From Thecamonas trahens ATCC 50062 (Eukaryota; Protista; Apusomonadida): a stretch of 64,000 nt of DNA. The notes beneath the pieces were generated by a model. It saw only the letters and a list, made by a program, of their open reading frames with translations. It was not told the origin of the DNA and searched no databases. The position numbers and the translations under genes are program-made. Location of the stretch: NCBI RefSeq assembly GCF_000142905.1, contig NW_013657625.1:35690-99689 (forward strand), given 5' to 3'. Below are positions 61,094 through 64,000 of the stretch, piece by piece. Every line of letters starts with the position of its first letter. Position 1 is the stretch's first letter.

Positions 61094-62296
61094 CTACTTG
61101 GGTGGGTTGAGGAAGATGAACTCGCGGAGGACCATGCCCTCAAACTCACGGGTAGCCGACGCCTCGTCTGCACCAGTCACACTCACCATGAGCGTGGCTG
61201 GGTCGTAGAAGCGATAGCTCCAGGGAGCGGCGATAAATGTCTTGACGATCATGCGAAGGATCCAGGGAATGGCGGAGAGGATGTCAAACTTGTCGATCCA
61301 CGACGAGTGCTCCCACACCATCGAAGCAAAGACGTCCGAGCCAGGTACGGCAAGCGACTGGCCGGCAAGCGCCTTGCCCGAGAGGTTGAGCGCGGTTCCG
61401 TGCGGCACAACATACCCGGTGTCGTCCTTGACCTCGTTCGACGTAGCACACGAGTTGTCTGTTGTCACCGCCACCAATTCCGAGTCGACGATGAGGGCGC
61501 CGAAGGAAATCCACTGCGAGCCATAACTCGGAGGCGTAAGGAAAGAGACGTATGCGAGCGAAGCATGGTCCGAGTCAAACTTTGCGAGCGACCAGGTGTT
61601 GGCGATCTTATGGGCCTTGACGTTCTGCAGGAGGCGCGAGACAAAGCCGCGGCCCGAGAGGACCAGCGTCGAGCCATCGGCCAGGACGAGTTCGCCGGAG
61701 ACCTGAGCGCGAGCCATGGGGAAGACGTTGCGGCAGTAGGGAGCCGAGGTTGCGTCTGGCGAGTCGAGGTCGGCCTCGGGCTCGACGCCAAAGACCACCT
61801 TGCCGTCGGATATCATGAACGACGGCGAGTCTGCGGTAAAGGTAGCCCGCAGATCGCCGATAGCGTTCCCACCGGAAGCCGGAAGCGCGACCTTGTACTC
61901 TGCGCGGGTGGAACCATCATCAGCGGCGGGGACATACTTGAAGACGTGCTTGCCGATGGCCATGGACCGACGGGAGTCGTCAAGACGGATGTCCTTGCGG
62001 GCAAACTTTGCCGACCACTGCAGTGGGCTCTCTGAGCCGCGAGCCTTTGCCAACGCCGGACCAGGACAGATCTTGAGGTTGACGCCCGGCTGATGTGTGT
62101 ACATGCCAACAGAAGAGACGATGGACTGGATGAAGATGACCGATCCGTCGTTGTTGAAGATGATGAACGTGCCCGTCTCCAAGTAGTCGGCATCGTCCAG
62201 CAGGTGGGTAGTCAGTGGCTCTCCGTCAGCAATGTCCTCCAGTTCCGTTACCACCTCCTCTGCTTTCCATCCCCGTACAGGTGCTCCAGCAGCCAT
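61094..62296 (-). CDS. SVF1: Svf1-family (survival factor 1) lipid-binding protein
   Basis: LETGTF...IFIQSIVSSVG, F.ISDGKVVFG, FPMARAQVSG, GRGFVSRLLQNVKAHKIANTW, F.TPPSYG, DDTGYVVP, DILSAIPWILRMIV...PWSYRF, E.IFL. Confidence 0.75.
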   Translation of the reverse strand: MAAGAPVRGWKAEEVVTELEDIADGEPLTTHLLDDADYLETGTFIIFNNDGSVIFIQSIVSSVGMYTHQPGVNLKICPGPALAKARGSESPLQWSAKFARKDIRLDDSRRSMAIGKHVFKYVPAADDGSTRAEYKVALPASGGNAIGDLRATFTADSPSFMISDGKVVFGVEPEADLDSPDATSAPYCRNVFPMARAQVSGELVLADGSTLVLSGRGFVSRLLQNVKAHKIANTWSLAKFDSDHASLAYVSFLTPPSYGSQWISFGALIVDSELVAVTTDNSCATSNEVKDDTGYVVPHGTALNLSGKALAGQSLAVPGSDVFASMVWEHSSWIDKFDILSAIPWILRMIVKTFIAAPWSYRFYDPATLMVSVTGADEASATREFEGMVLREFIFLNPPK

Positions 62297-62839
62297 TGGG
62301 AGTAGTCGGGTGGGGTGGAAGGGGGGGGAAGGCGGTCGGTTGGTTGAGAACAGCTGCAGCGAAGCCAAGTCGTGCGATCAGAGAAAAAGGCCGGGTCAAA
62401 CCCAGGTCATGGGATGGGTGTGAGTGTGAGGTGTAGCGATGGATATCTTACGGATTTATTGTTGTTAGATAATGAGATATGTGTTTGGAGAAGGGTTTGG
62501 GAGGATTGAGTGATGATGACGTGGGTTGCTGATGTGTGTGACGATGTGTGTGTGATGTGTTTGACGAGATGGTAAAGTTGGTCGGACGTTGTTGGGGAAC
62601 GTAGCTGTGATGTGATGGTGCACACGATGGTGCACTCGATTTAAAGGGTAGGAGGATGGATCGATCAAGTTGAGGAGGTGTGTATGTATGTGTATCGTGG
62701 AGATGTGGTGGATGCAGCCGAAGTTGTTGACGGCTGCCGAATTTATTTGTGTGCAGCCCCTGTGCCCCGTGGTGCGGGAGGACAGGAAGGCTGTACACTT
62801 GACCCTCTGCACACCTAGCCCGTGCAAAGGCTTGAAAGG

Positions 62840-64000
62840 ATGTCGTGGTCAAGTAGCTCTACGGCTAGTGAGTCCGGGACAACCCAGTGGGAGTGCTCTG
62901 AGACGGGCACTTCGTCGACAGCAATGGGGACGGAGACATCGACGACCTCGATTGGGAAAAAGAGCGCCCTGGGCTGTTTCGGGACCTACCTGCCGTTGTG
63001 GGTAGTGGCATGCATGGTTGTCGGCGCGACGATCGGGTCGTTGTGGCCAGAGGTGGCGGAGAGGCTTGATGAGGCGACAGTGGAGCAGGTCTCGCTCCCG
63101 GTTGCTGTCCTCATCTGGATCATGGTCGTTCCCATGGCGCTCACGGTTGACTTTGATGCCATCCTTGGCGTCTTCCGATTCCCGCGCGGCCTCCTGGTCA
63201 CAACGGCCGTCAACTGGCTCGTTCAGCCGTTCCTTATGTACGGCCTCGCCACGCTGTTTTTCAGGCCATCTACACGTCGGTTGTGAACGATGTGTTGGCG
63301 AAGGAATATGTGGCAGGCGCTGTCATCCTCGGCGGCTCGCCGTGTACAGCGATGGTCTTTACGTGGTCAGTCCTTGCCCGCGGCGATGGTGCGTACACCC
63401 TCGTCCAGGTCGCGCTCAACGATGCGCTCATCTTTGTGCTTTATGCGCCGACGATGTTCCTTCTTCTCTCGGCATCCGACATCCACGTGCCGTACATCAC
63501 AGTCGTCATAGCGGTCCTTGTCTTTGTGGCCGTCCCCTTTGCCTTTGGCTTTGTCGTTCAGAAGTTCACCCCGTGGGCTGACTCTCTCGCCCGTATCCTC
63601 AAGCCGTTCACCATCGTCGCCCTCCTCGCCACCCTCCTGATCATCTTTGTCTTTCAGGGTGAGCGCTTGACCGATCGCTGGACAGACGTTCTTCTCATCG
63701 CCGTCCCGCTCACCCTGCAGACCTATCTGGTCTTTGCCATCGCAGCTGTCCTCGCCTGGTACGCCCGGCTTCCGTTCAATGTGGCTGCGCCTGCGACCTT
63801 TATCTCCGCTTCCAACTTTTTCGAGCTCGGCGTCGCCGTTGCCATCGCCTCGTACGGCCTTGATTCCGGTGCCGTGCTTGTCAATGTGGTCGGCGTTCTC
63901 GTCGAGGTTCCCATCATGCTTTCGCTTGTCTGGTCCATGAAGAAGGCGCACTCTATATTTGATGCGCGAGCCGGCCCGGCGAGTGACCATGATTCGGACA
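62840..64000 (+). CDS. ACR3: ACR3-family arsenite efflux transporter (frameshift near 63261; runs off the window; start 62840 or 62924)
   Basis: YLPLWV, PVAVLIWIMVVPM..VDF, VNWLVQPFLM, then in the shifted frame YVAGAVILGGSPCTAMVFTWS.LARGD..YTLVQVALND, ASNFFELGVAVAI, VVGVLVEVPIMLSLV. Confidence 0.93.

Noticed and set aside
55659-64000. His-phosphatase, Tag, Svf1 and ACR3 as a bacterial stress or arsenic island, or contaminant
   Set aside because: Interleaved with clearly eukaryotic genes, similar codon style, mixed orientation, and no arsR/arsC or mobility genes.
1-64000. tRNA, rRNA, snRNA genes and transposons
   Set aside because: No cloverleaf, rRNA-like tract, terminal repeats, transposase or RT motifs recognised by eye. 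Small ncRNAs cannot be excluded without Infernal or tRNAscan.

Overview
Eukaryotic, GC-rich, gene-dense and intron-poor draft-assembly window with five N-gaps. The gene content and style suggest a unicellular protist, possibly an apusomonad such as Thecamonas; that is inference, not verified. About 27 protein-coding genes lie mostly in alternating orientation. They include CCDC171-like, a PRP6-like HAT protein, Sds3-like, mitochondrial MetRS, SERINC, TRAIP, an EEF1AKMT4-like methyltransferase, DHX16/Prp2, UGGT, eIF3k, importin-4 and a CAMKK-family kinase. Further along are an S9A peptidase, a GPI-anchored Cys-rich protein, a His-rich NTF2-like protein, a giant metalloprotease receptor, a WD40 fragment, UQCC2-like, an RBBP5-Myb fusion, a CRAL-TRIO protein, a His-phosphatase, a UVR coiled-coil protein, Tag glycosylase, Svf1 and ACR3. 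No rRNA, tRNA, CRISPR array or transposon was recognised. Highlights: (1) a ~2200-aa type-I membrane protein with a bacterial-style metzincin, 33 tandem 32-aa half-disintegrin repeats, a TM helix and a cytosolic SH3 with a cis proline-rich ligand; (2) a UVR coiled-coil protein carrying both tepsin-type AP-4 ear-binding motifs; (3) RBBP5 fused to a Myb/SANT-like domain; (4) a CAMKK with an RIIa/Dpy-30 docking domain; (5) a CTCAC putative branch point in all five reconstructed introns; (6) convergent genes with stop codons 2-33 bp apart and G-to-C skew switches at divergent promoters. Several frameshifts and duplications are probably assembly errors. All family calls come from motif recognition by eye, not from database searches.
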